Of a stretch of DNA of 64,000 bases, positions 9,082-17,885 are shown one piece after another (position 1 is the stretch's first letter; each line of letters starts with the position of its first letter). The DNA is from Candidatus Latescibacterota bacterium (GTDB lineage: Bacteria; Latescibacterota; UBA2968; UBA8231). The notes beneath the pieces are model-generated. The model had not been told where the DNA came from. It worked only from the letters and a program-made list of their open reading frames with translations, and ran no database searches. The stretch covers positions 1,056,001 to 1,120,000 of the forward strand of contig OZ241867.1 of the NCBI GenBank assembly GCA_965203175.1, given 5' to 3'. The position numbers and the translations under genes are program-made.

Positions 9082-10428
9082 ATGAGTTTCTTTCGTTCGA
9101 TGAAGTACCAAATCTTCGCGGCGGCAGCCCTGCTCCTCAGCGGCCCCTCTATCACCGCAGCCGCAGACCCGACCGCCCAAGCCCAGTGGAGCGAGTCCAT
9201 CCCCCTTCCCGACTTTCCTCTGATCGGTCCGGGCGAGCGCATAGAGGCATATATTGTCGATGGTCTGCTTCACGCCCGCCGCCTCGACCAAAACGACAAC
9301 CTCCTTTGGCACCTCATCCTCGCCGAAGCCGATCCAAACCAACCCCCTACCCTCGAATACGTCGGTGTTGCCGTCGAAGTGCGCCACGCCAACGGCGCGT
9401 ACTTCGTCCGCGACACCTTTCCGGGCAGCACTCTAGCCGCCCATCGGCAAAAATTGACACCGGAGGCATTCGCCAGCCTTGATACCACCGCCCGCCACAA
9501 CGGCATTGACCAAAGCGGGGCACAGAGCGGTCCTCCCACTCTGGCTCAGATTCAAAAACGTTTGCCAGAGATGATCGCCAACCTCGACTCCACCGCTCTG
9601 GATCAACTCCAAAAACTGCCGCCGGAGGCGTTCGCCAGCCTCGACCCCATCACTCTGGTTATACTCCAAAAACTGAGGCCGGAGGCGTTCGCCAACCTCG
9701 ACTCCACCGCTCTGGATCAACTCCAAAAACTGCCGCCGGCAAGTGAGAGTCGCGGCATCTTTAAATGGGAGAAGGACCGGCAGCTCTGGGTGGCCTTAGG
9801 ACCGAATATGAACCATTGGGATGCGCTCATCCGCCTGACTCCGACTGTGTTCGTACCGGAAAAGCCGGCCATTGGCCCTACTTTTTTGCGCTGGGACGAT
9901 GCCCAACTCCATGAGAGTAGCGGAGTGCTGCTCGCCCGCTATGTCTCCCCTGCCGAAGCGGACCGCAAGCAGCAAGGGCACAAATTGGTCCGGGGTGCCG
10001 TACCCTTCAACATCGAGGCCCAGCGCTGGATCAACCCCATCGGGGGCGGTGACCGCATAGGCTGGTTCCTAGGCAAAGCGGTGCTGCTGCATTTTTGGGC
10101 CACTTGGTCTCCCGAATCCATTGAGCAACTCGCCCACCACGACGAGTTATACGAAAAACACAAAGACCAAGGCCTAGTCGTTATCGCCGTCCACAGTTCC
10201 GAAGGAGCCGACGATCTGGATGCCTTCATTGCAGAACGCGGCTACACGTTGCCCATTGCAGTAGATGAAGGCGCGAGCGCACAGCGCTACGGCATCTGGA
10301 ACTTTCCCCAATCCATCCTCCTCGACCGCGACTGCCGGATAGCTTGGATCAGTCAGGAGGGCGAAGCGCCGAGCCCAGCTCAACTGAAGTACTTGCTCGA
10401 CGACATCGACACTTTTCCGGCCCACTAA
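9082..10428 (+). CDS. Exported TlpA/redoxin-fold protein with cysteine-less SxxS site (type A) and internal 19-aa repeats
   Basis: Signal-peptide-like N-terminus; unknown N-terminal domain; LHFWATWSPES, GLVVIAVH, FP cis-Pro motif; GGAGG RBS. Confidence 0.8.
   Translation: MSFFRSMKYQIFAAAALLLSGPSITAAADPTAQAQWSESIPLPDFPLIGPGERIEAYIVDGLLHARRLDQNDNLLWHLILAEADPNQPPTLEYVGVAVEVRHANGAYFVRDTFPGSTLAAHRQKLTPEAFASLDTTARHNGIDQSGAQSGPPTLAQIQKRLPEMIANLDSTALDQLQKLPPEAFASLDPITLVILQKLRPEAFANLDSTALDQLQKLPPASESRGIFKWEKDRQLWVALGPNMNHWDALIRLTPTVFVPEKPAIGPTFLRWDDAQLHESSGVLLARYVSPAEADRKQQGHKLVRGAVPFNIEAQRWINPIGGGDRIGWFLGKAVLLHFWATWSPESIEQLAHHDELYEKHKDQGLVVIAVHSSEGADDLDAFIAERGYTLPIAVDEGASAQRYGIWNFPQSILLDRDCRIAWISQEGEAPSPAQLKYLLDDIDTFPAH
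9575..9739 (+). repeat. Intragenic repeat: identical 51-bp copies 114 bp apart (two 57-bp units)
   Basis: tcgccaacctcgactccaccgctctggatcaactccaaaaactgccgccgg at 9575-9625 and 9689-9739. Confidence 0.85.
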
Positions 10429-10450
10429 TCCCTAGCGAGAGGTTTTCACC

Positions 10451-11575
10451 ATGACTTGTGCTAAGATTTTCTGCACCGGCCTCGTAGCCGGACTGATCGT
10501 CGCCGCCTCAGAAGCCGCCGCGACTCCCGCTTGGCGCGATTCGGTCGATTTACCCGCCTCAATCGGCGGTTCCGTGCAGGCGCAACTGCGCCAAGGCTGG
10601 CTGCACGCTTGGCGCGCAGATGCCGATGGCCAAGAACTGTGGCATACCATCCTCGGCCGAGCGGATCAACCGGGCCGGATTGAAAAGGTCAACCCTTTTA
10701 CCGTCGTCGTTCACCACCCAGACGGCCAGTCGCATATTCGGGACGATCTTAATCGGAACCGCCTGTCGGGGCACCGCCAAGCACTGGTGGGCGAGCCTTT
10801 CTCCGGCCTAGAAACCGAGGTCGGCGATCCGCCAGATCCAGCCCAATCCACCTACCGCTCTGCCGAAAAGCCGTCCACCCACTTGACCCGCTGGCAGCGC
10901 GACCACTGGATCTGGGCTGGATCTGGCCCCTCGGACGCCCTGCTACACACCGTCGTCCGCCTCGCCCCCATCCTGACGGTCCCCCAGCGCCAAACTTTGG
11001 AAAAACCCACGGCCAATCAGGCAATCCTCCAGTGGGATCGCGCCGAATTCACCGACGACGGCCAGACCTTTGCCATCCGCTATATCAGCCCCAAGGAAAT
11101 GGAAGTCATGCACAAGCGGCACATTAAGGATCGGGGTGCCGTGCCCTTTGAAATTGACATTGAGCGCTGGCTACAGCCCATCGCCGGCCATGAGGACTTG
11201 AATAGTCTGGCGCAGCTACGGGGTAAGGTGGTGCTGATTGATTTTTGGGCTACGTGGTGTTCGCCCTGTGTAGAAAAACTGCCCTATGTCGCCGAATTGC
11301 ACGAACGCTATCGGGACCAAGGCTTTATCGTCATTGCCCTGCATTCGGCGGATATGGCCAGCAACCTAGATGATTTTGTCGGCGAGCATGACTATCCGTT
11401 CCCCATTGCTCTCGACACGGGCGAGACCGCCCGGCGCTACGGCGTCGAGGGCATCCCCCACTACATCCTAATTGGCCGGGATAACCGCATCGCCCGTGAT
11501 GGAGAGTCATTGGAATCACGACACTCACCGCCTACTGAAGAACAAATCGAGGCACTGCTGCGGGCCGGTAGCTAA
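10451..11575 (+). CDS. Exported TlpA-like thiol-disulfide oxidoreductase (type B)
   Basis: Signal peptide; N-terminal domain homologous to type A; DFWATWCSPC, GIPHY. Confidence 0.85.
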   Translation: MTCAKIFCTGLVAGLIVAASEAAATPAWRDSVDLPASIGGSVQAQLRQGWLHAWRADADGQELWHTILGRADQPGRIEKVNPFTVVVHHPDGQSHIRDDLNRNRLSGHRQALVGEPFSGLETEVGDPPDPAQSTYRSAEKPSTHLTRWQRDHWIWAGSGPSDALLHTVVRLAPILTVPQRQTLEKPTANQAILQWDRAEFTDDGQTFAIRYISPKEMEVMHKRHIKDRGAVPFEIDIERWLQPIAGHEDLNSLAQLRGKVVLIDFWATWCSPCVEKLPYVAELHERYRDQGFIVIALHSADMASNLDDFVGEHDYPFPIALDTGETARRYGVEGIPHYILIGRDNRIARDGESLESRHSPPTEEQIEALLRAGS

Positions 11576-11784
11576 AGACGAGAACGCGATTCTTGAATGG
11601 TTTAAAGACCTATGCAGACGCTGCAATTGATCGATGTGGCCTGAGATGTGCACCACGTCGATATAGAACACACCTGAATACAAGGAGGCTTGCCGTGAAA
11701 ATGAACCCCAAAAGACCGCCTCACCAACCATCTTCATCCACCAACCGCCCCGACCTGTCGGGGACACCTCACAGGAGGCTTCAG

Positions 11785-13152
11785 ATGCGTTCCTTTCGTT
11801 CGATAAAGTACCAAATCCTCGCAGCGGTAGCCCTGCTCCTCAGCGGCCCCTACATCACCGCAGCCGCAGACCCGGCCGATCAAGTCCAATGGAGCGAGTC
11901 CGTCGACTCCGGTCCGGGCGAGCGTATAGAGGCCTATATTGTCGATGGCTTGCTGCACGCCCGCCGCCTCGACCAAAACGACATCCCCTTTTGGCACCTC
12001 ATCCTCGCCGAAGCTGACCCGCAACAACCCCCTACCCTTGAACACCTAGACGACGGCATCGAAGTGCGCCACGCCAACGGCTCGTACTTCGTCCGCGACG
12101 ACCTTGGCAACGCCTTGACCGCCCACCGGCAACGACTGGCACCAGAAGCGTTCGCCAGCCTCGATACCACCGTCCGCCAGAATGGCATTGACCGAAGCGA
12201 ACGCACTATGACTAGAGGGGGTACGGGGGGTACGAGGCTACCCACTCCGGCTGAGCTCCAGCAAGTGCCGCCGGAAGCATTTGCCAGCGTTGACCCCACC
12301 CTTCTGGCGGATCTGGTCCAAAAATTGGGGCCGGAGGCGTTCGCCAGCCTCGACACGGCCACTTTGGCTCTGATCAAAAAACGGGTGCCAGAGGCGTTCG
12401 CCAATCCCGACACCACCCTCCGCCAGAGCACCATTGACCAGAGCTCGCCCACTCGGGCTTCGCAACGCGGCATCACCAAATGGGAGAAACATGGGCAACT
12501 CTGGGTGGCCTTGGGACCGCATGCGAAAGATCATTGGGATACGCTCATCCGCCTGACTCCAACGGTGTTGGTAGTGGAAAGGCCGCGCTTCGGTATAAGA
12601 GGCAGCACGGGGTTTGTGCGCTGGGACGACGCCCAACTCTTGGATAGCGGCGATGTGCTAATAGCCGACTACATCTCCCCTGCCGATGCGGACCAGACGC
12701 AGAAAAATCACAGACTGGTCCGAGGTGCCGTACCCTTCAATATAGAAGTCCAGCGTTGGCCCAACCCCATCGCTCACGGCGACCGCCTAGGCTGGTTCCT
12801 AGGCCAAGTGGTACTGCTACACTTTTGGGCCACTTGGTCGCCCGAATCCATTGACCAACTCGCCTACTATGACGAGTTGTACAAAAAACACAAAGACGAG
12901 GGCCTCGTCGTCATCGCCATCCACAGCGCCGAAGGAGCCGACGATGTGGACGCCTTCGTCGCCAAACGCGGCTATACGTTGCCCATTGCAGTAGATGAAG
13001 GCGCGAGCGCACAGCGCTATGGCATCTGGAGTTTCCCCCAATCCGTCCTTCTTGACCGCAACTGCCGGATAGCTTGGATCAGTCAGGAGAGCGAAGCACC
13101 AAGTACCACCCAACTGAAGTACTTGCTCGACGACCCGTTCCCAACCCACTAA
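11785..13152 (+). CDS. Exported TlpA-fold protein with SxxS site (type A', paralog of 9082-10428)
   Basis: LHFWATWSPES; PEAFA repeats; same GGAGGCTTCAGATG start context as type A. Confidence 0.8.
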   Translation: MRSFRSIKYQILAAVALLLSGPYITAAADPADQVQWSESVDSGPGERIEAYIVDGLLHARRLDQNDIPFWHLILAEADPQQPPTLEHLDDGIEVRHANGSYFVRDDLGNALTAHRQRLAPEAFASLDTTVRQNGIDRSERTMTRGGTGGTRLPTPAELQQVPPEAFASVDPTLLADLVQKLGPEAFASLDTATLALIKKRVPEAFANPDTTLRQSTIDQSSPTRASQRGITKWEKHGQLWVALGPHAKDHWDTLIRLTPTVLVVERPRFGIRGSTGFVRWDDAQLLDSGDVLIADYISPADADQTQKNHRLVRGAVPFNIEVQRWPNPIAHGDRLGWFLGQVVLLHFWATWSPESIDQLAYYDELYKKHKDEGLVVIAIHSAEGADDVDAFVAKRGYTLPIAVDEGASAQRYGIWSFPQSVLLDRNCRIAWISQESEAPSTTQLKYLLDDPFPTH

Positions 13153-13174
13153 CTCCTAGCGAAAGGATTTTACC

Positions 13175-14293
13175 ATGACTTGGGCTAAAACGCTCTGCAC
13201 TGGACTCGTAGCCGGACTAATCGTCGCCGCTGAGGCCACCGCGACTCCTGCTTGGCGCGATTCGGTCGATTTACCCGCCTCAATCGGCGGTTCCGTACAA
13301 GCGCAACTGCGCCAGGGATGGCTGCACGCTTGGCGCGTGGATGCCGATGGCCAAAAACTGTGGCATACTATTCTCGGCCAAGCGGATCAACCGGGCCGAG
13401 TTGAAAAAACCAACCCCTTTACCGTGGTCGTTCACCATCCAGACAGCCAGTCGCACGTTCAGGACGATACTAACCGGAATCGTCTGTCGGGGCACCGCCA
13501 AGCACTAGTGGGCGAGCCTTTCCCCGGCTTAGAAACCGAGGTTGGAGACCCGGCAGTCCAAGCCCAATCCACGTATCAATCTGCCGACGAGCCACCCCGC
13601 ACCCACTTGACCCGCTGGCAACGCGACCACTGGGTCTGGGCCGGGTCTGGACCCTCGGACGCCTTGCTACACACCGTCGTCCGCCTCGCTCCCATCCTGA
13701 CGGTTCCCCAGCGTCAAACCTTGGAAAAGCCCACGGCTGATCAGGCAATCCTCCATTGGGACCGCGCCGAATTCACCGACGACGGCCAGACCTTTGCCGT
13801 CCGCTACATTAGCCCTAGGGAAAAGGAAATCATGCACCAGCGGCACGCTGTGGAGCGGGGTGCCGTGCCCTTTGAAATTGACATTGAGCGCTGGCTACAG
13901 CCCGTCGCCGGTTATGAGGAATCCCCCTTGAACAGTCTAGGGCAATTGCAGGGCAAGGTGGTACTGCTCGACTTTTGGGCGACGTGGTGTCCGCCCTGCG
14001 TGGAAAAACTGCCCTATGTCGCCGAGCTGTACGAGCGCTATCGGGACCAAGGCTTCATCGTCATTTCCCTGCATTCGTCGTGGCGGGCCAGCAATCTAGA
14101 TGACTTTGTCGGCGAGCATGATTATTCGTTCCCCATTGCCCTCGACACGGGCGAGACCTACCGGCGCTATGGTCTCGATCCAGGAGGGCCTATACCCCAC
14201 TACATCCTGATCAACCGGGATAACCGCATCGTCCTTGTGGACGATCTGCCTACTGAAGAGCAAATCAAGGCGCTACTGCAGGCCGGTAGCTAA
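13175..14293 (+). CDS. Exported TlpA-like thiol-disulfide oxidoreductase (type B', paralog of 10451-11575)
   Basis: DFWATWCPPC; high similarity to type B. Confidence 0.85.
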   Translation: MTWAKTLCTGLVAGLIVAAEATATPAWRDSVDLPASIGGSVQAQLRQGWLHAWRVDADGQKLWHTILGQADQPGRVEKTNPFTVVVHHPDSQSHVQDDTNRNRLSGHRQALVGEPFPGLETEVGDPAVQAQSTYQSADEPPRTHLTRWQRDHWVWAGSGPSDALLHTVVRLAPILTVPQRQTLEKPTADQAILHWDRAEFTDDGQTFAVRYISPREKEIMHQRHAVERGAVPFEIDIERWLQPVAGYEESPLNSLGQLQGKVVLLDFWATWCPPCVEKLPYVAELYERYRDQGFIVISLHSSWRASNLDDFVGEHDYSFPIALDTGETYRRYGLDPGGPIPHYILINRDNRIVLVDDLPTEEQIKALLQAGS

Positions 14294-14346
14294 GTCAGAT
14301 ACAACAGTCCACTGTCTTTACGACGCTTCGCCGAAAGGATTTAGTT

Positions 14347-14523
14347 ATGCCCCTTATGACACTACCGGAGGCCGAAAAGCGGCAAATTTTGGCGGCCCTC
14401 GAAGTCACCAACTGGCGGATCTATGGCCCGAGGGGGGCTGCCCGTTTGTTGGGCATAGGCCCGGAGAAGCTGCGGTATCGCATGCGCAAGTACGGGCTGA
14501 AACGACCCAACGCCACCTCGTAA
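14347..14523 (+). CDS. Stand-alone Fis-type HTH microprotein, 58 aa (not in the ORF track)
   Basis: MPLMTLPEAEKRQILAALEVTNWRIYGPRGAARLLGIGPEKLRYRMRKYGLKRPNATS*; AAAGGA 7 nt before ATG; 37/45 identical to the bEBP C-terminus by hand alignment. Confidence 0.7.
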   Translation: MPLMTLPEAEKRQILAALEVTNWRIYGPRGAARLLGIGPEKLRYRMRKYGLKRPNATS

Positions 14524-14594
14524 ATGCCAGCCCGTAGCTTGGACAATCACCGAGGGTTTTCCTACAATCAATCACTCTCCCCAAGGAGTAACCA

Positions 14595-16811
14595 ATGTCA
14601 TATCGATTCCCAATCCGTTTAATCGCCGGTTCCTTAGCCGTTCTCGCCGTTTGTGCTAGCTACGGGACCGAGCAGCACTACTCGCTCCAAGACCTAGAAG
14701 CAGCAAAAGCGAAACTGCGCGAACACAATCGACTGTGGACGTTCGAGGCGGGAGCCATACTCGCCCAAGAATGGTTGAACCGCGTGCCTGAAGACGCCGA
14801 GTTACGGGCGCTCTACGCGCGTCAATTACACGGGCAGATCTACGGACCTAAAGAGATCCAAGAGCAAGCCGACGCGATCTTAGAACGGGATCCAGATAAT
14901 CCGTGGGGATTCTACGCGCAGGCGCTCGCGCTTCTGGCAGACTGGAATTATTCCGAGGCGGTCGAGCCCAGCCTGCGCGCTTGGAAGCTACTGCCCCATC
15001 CGGAGTTCGCCGCGACGCATCTTCAGGCGCTTAAGTCTAAAAGCGTGGAAGAGGGGCTGGCATTTCTGGACTTGCTGGATGCGGAAACACTCCAGCATCC
15101 CGAAGTCCTCCATGCCCGCGCGCAATTTGAGGCAAGTCGCGTGAGAGAGAATCCCGCCTATGCGGACACGAGCCTCGCTACCTTGGCCCTGCTGCGAGAG
15201 TGTTGGCCGGATCACGTCAGCGGCTACCGGCGCGCCGCGGAATATTTATGCCTAAAGAAGCCGCAGGAGGCGCTCACTCTGATCAAAACGGCGGTTCGCC
15301 TTGCGCCGGGCTCCGCCGATGTGCGTTACTGGCACTGGTGGATCCTTAACAAGACGGATATACTCCCCGCCGAGGAGCGACGCCCTGCCATTGAGGCCGG
15401 CATTGCCGAGTACCGGCAGGCCGTGCCGGAGGCCTTACACGGCCTAACCATGCTCGCCACGGTCTATAGCGAATTCCTAGAGAACGAAGAGAAGGCGGCA
15501 GAGTTTGAAGCGAAGCTGGTGGCGTTAGCTCCCGAGAGCAGACAGGCGTCGTGGGCCTACCAGCGAGAATACAAACGAATAGAGTCCGAGTTAGAGTCCG
15601 AACGTGACCGCATCGAGCGCGAGCATGGCGCGGACTCACAGAAATACCAAGACCAGCTTCGCCTCATCCGCGATGCAGCCTATCGGTTCGTAGAGAAGCC
15701 CCTCTACAACGACAGCTTCGGCCGCGAACGGGCGTACCGAAATCTATTCGAGGCCCTCGAAGCCATGAAGCCGATTCCGGCCGAGGAACTCGCCAATGCA
15801 GTTCGCGAGATGGTCCAGTGCGAGCAGCTCAACCCGCACTTCAAATACTCCATTGCTCCTATCTCAATGGCCAACCACACGCCATACGCCGAGGAGGCGG
15901 CCGAACTCGCTCGGGGTGGCATACAAGCCATACGCGATAAGGCCGAGGAGGAAGGGTGGGAGGAGAGTCGCCTAAACTACTACTTGACCGATGTCCACGA
16001 CGCCATCGGGTGGGCTAGTTACAAAGCAGGTCATGTCGAGGAAGGCCGCAACGAGCTTGAGCGGGCACTGGAGCTCTCGGAGACAAATACCAGTGCTCAC
16101 TACCACCTAGGCCAAGTATTCGAGCACATGGCGACCGAGGCCGAAGCTCAGGATGCAGCCGAGGCGTTCCGCAATTGGCTCGACAAGGCAGAGGAGTCCT
16201 ACATTGCTGGCCTTGATGCCCTAAGCTGGGGCCAACATCCCTGTCGGGAGGCGCTAGAGGCGCTGTACGAACGCCGGCACGGCTCGCGCGAAGGGCTCGA
16301 CGAGTATCTCGCCGCGTTTGTCGAACGGGAAAGACTCCAAAGACGCCAGCGGATTCTGGAATCACGGCTCGATACGGTCCGTACCTACGAACCGTTCTCC
16401 CTCGCTAAGCTCGACGGAGAGCGCGTCGATTCCGCCGATCTCGATGGCAAGATCGCCGTTCTGCATTTCTGGGGGACTTGGTGTGGCCCCTGCGTGGCAG
16501 AGCTGCCCGAGTATCATAAGTTCCACGCGCGCTATCTGGACGACCCCGCAGTGGAAGTGATCTCCATCAGCAACGACAAGTCGCGCGACGTACTCGATAG
16601 ATTCATGGTGGAGAATGAATACGATTTTACCGTCTTGGTGGACGACGGGTACGTGCAAAAGGCCGGTATCAATGGTTGGCCCACGACTTGGTTTGTCGAT
16701 GGCGACGGCTCGATCCAGTTCGTCAAAAGGGGGGGGAGTAGCGACTCGCATCTGGAGGAGGAGTTCGCATGGATCGTCGAGGCGCTGCGCGGTGCCGAGG
16801 AGAGCCCTTAG
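14595..16811 (+). CDS. Exported TPR/helical-repeat protein with C-terminal TlpA-like redoxin domain
   Basis: Signal peptide; TPR-like helices (DAIGWASYKAG, AHYHLGQ); LHFWGTWCGPC, WPTTW. Confidence 0.85.
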   Translation: MSYRFPIRLIAGSLAVLAVCASYGTEQHYSLQDLEAAKAKLREHNRLWTFEAGAILAQEWLNRVPEDAELRALYARQLHGQIYGPKEIQEQADAILERDPDNPWGFYAQALALLADWNYSEAVEPSLRAWKLLPHPEFAATHLQALKSKSVEEGLAFLDLLDAETLQHPEVLHARAQFEASRVRENPAYADTSLATLALLRECWPDHVSGYRRAAEYLCLKKPQEALTLIKTAVRLAPGSADVRYWHWWILNKTDILPAEERRPAIEAGIAEYRQAVPEALHGLTMLATVYSEFLENEEKAAEFEAKLVALAPESRQASWAYQREYKRIESELESERDRIEREHGADSQKYQDQLRLIRDAAYRFVEKPLYNDSFGRERAYRNLFEALEAMKPIPAEELANAVREMVQCEQLNPHFKYSIAPISMANHTPYAEEAAELARGGIQAIRDKAEEEGWEESRLNYYLTDVHDAIGWASYKAGHVEEGRNELERALELSETNTSAHYHLGQVFEHMATEAEAQDAAEAFRNWLDKAEESYIAGLDALSWGQHPCREALEALYERRHGSREGLDEYLAAFVERERLQRRQRILESRLDTVRTYEPFSLAKLDGERVDSADLDGKIAVLHFWGTWCGPCVAELPEYHKFHARYLDDPAVEVISISNDKSRDVLDRFMVENEYDFTVLVDDGYVQKAGINGWPTTWFVDGDGSIQFVKRGGSSDSHLEEEFAWIVEALRGAEESP

Positions 16812-16860
16812 TGCCCTGAAGTGCTAGTTAGTTATTACGAGGGCGGCAGAAGGGGTCGAT

Positions 16861-17316
16861 TCAAGGACTCGCGGCTTCTAAACCGATGGCTTCGATCTCT
16901 TCGAAGGAGGCGAAGTCCCCCGCATTCTCGGTGATCAGACGATCGATCCCCTCCGCGAGCATGGTCGCCACGATGTTGCCGTCGTGGACGCGCTTGCCCG
17001 TCAGGCGATGCGTCTGCACGAGATCCCGCAGACGGCGGGCCACCCTCTCTGACTCCTCGCAGAACAGGAAGGGCGGACGGGTGAAGACATCGATGTTCTT
17101 CAACGCATCTTCCGTGGCCAAACCGAGACCATTGACTTCGACAGGACGCGTGGCGACCACGAGGTATTCGCGGATTATCTGACCACTGAGGGCCAGAGTC
17201 GCTTTGCCTTCTCCTGCCGCTTGCAATAGCTCCCGAGCCTCGGCGTGGTGGCTGCGCGAACGATCTGTGGCCGACAGAAACACGTTGGTGTCGGCGAACA
17301 GGATCTCACCTGCCAT
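16861..17316 (-). CDS. vapC: PIN-domain toxin (VapC family)
   Basis: FADTNVF, IIREY, VHDGNIVATM, LITEN-DF. Confidence 0.85.
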   Translation of the reverse strand: MAGEILFADTNVFLSATDRSRSHHAEARELLQAAGEGKATLALSGQIIREYLVVATRPVEVNGLGLATEDALKNIDVFTRPPFLFCEESERVARRLRDLVQTHRLTGKRVHDGNIVATMLAEGIDRLITENAGDFASFEEIEAIGLEAASP

Positions 17317-17536
17317 CGTCATCGTAGATCTCGCTTCGAGACCATGTCGATGTGGCTCGGCCGGTCTCCACCATAATCCAAGCTATCGCCTCTGGCTGTT
17401 CGGGCGGTGCGGTGCGAGCGGCCCGCTCCAGTATTGTATGCAGTTCTCCCTGGAGCGAGCGACGGTGGCTCTTGGCCAGCCGTTTCAGGGCAGCCAGCGT
17501 GTTGGGATCCACATCCCTGATATGTAGTGATTTCAT
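17306..17536 (-). CDS. FitA-like ribbon-helix-helix antitoxin
   Basis: SLHIRDVDP...LKRLAKSHRRSLQGE; overlaps the PIN gene; ends RSEIYDD. Confidence 0.8.
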   Translation of the reverse strand: MKSLHIRDVDPNTLAALKRLAKSHRRSLQGELHTILERAARTAPPEQPEAIAWIMVETGRATSTWSRSEIYDDDGR

Positions 17537-17541
17537 ACTGT

Positions 17542-17571
17542 TATCAAAATGATACCATCACTCTCTGTCAA
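17542..17571 (-). promoter_or_regulatory. Candidate toxin-antitoxin promoter/operator
   Basis: TTGACA on the minus strand at 17566-17571 and a TATCA-AAA-TGATA palindrome just before the antitoxin ATG. Confidence 0.45.
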
Positions 17572-17630
17572 GGGCCGCGTAGGTCCGGTAGCGTATTCAT
17601 TTGAGATGCCCAGGTGCAACATCACCAATC

Positions 17631-17672
17631 CCTGCTGTCCGCTCGCGTACACCTGCTGTCCGCTCGCGTACA
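17631..17672. repeat. Perfect 21-bp tandem duplication
   Basis: CCTGCTGTCCGCTCGCGTACA x2. Confidence 0.9.
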
Positions 17673-17819
17673 GTAGAAAGATCATCAAAACGGCGGATAT
17701 TGCCAGAGTTTGAGAGGCAGATAAAAATTATCTCACTTTTAATAAAGTATTATTTAACAGGAAGTTAGATAAACAAGATAGAGTAATCAGCGCGATTGGC
17801 GACCGCTCGCTCCCTCTAT

Positions 17820-17835
17820 TGGCACGATAGTTGCG
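17820..17835 (+). promoter_or_regulatory. Sigma-54 (-24/-12) promoter
   Basis: TGGCACGATAGTTGCG = GG-N10-GC, preceded by an AT-rich tract. Confidence 0.75.
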
Positions 17836-17885
17836 GTAGTGCTTACCGAAGCAACAACCCGCACTCTTCCACAAAGGAGGGCATC

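Noticed and set aside
10105-10119. Selenocysteine or recoding at the redoxin active site of the type A proteins
   Set aside because: The codons are TCT/TCG and TCC (Ser), not TGA; there is no in-frame stop.
11593-11784. Longer N-terminus for gene A' (upstream TTG or GTG with AAGGAGG)
   Set aside because: The paralog A starts at the equivalent GGAGGCTTCAGATG, and the extension would bury the signal peptide.
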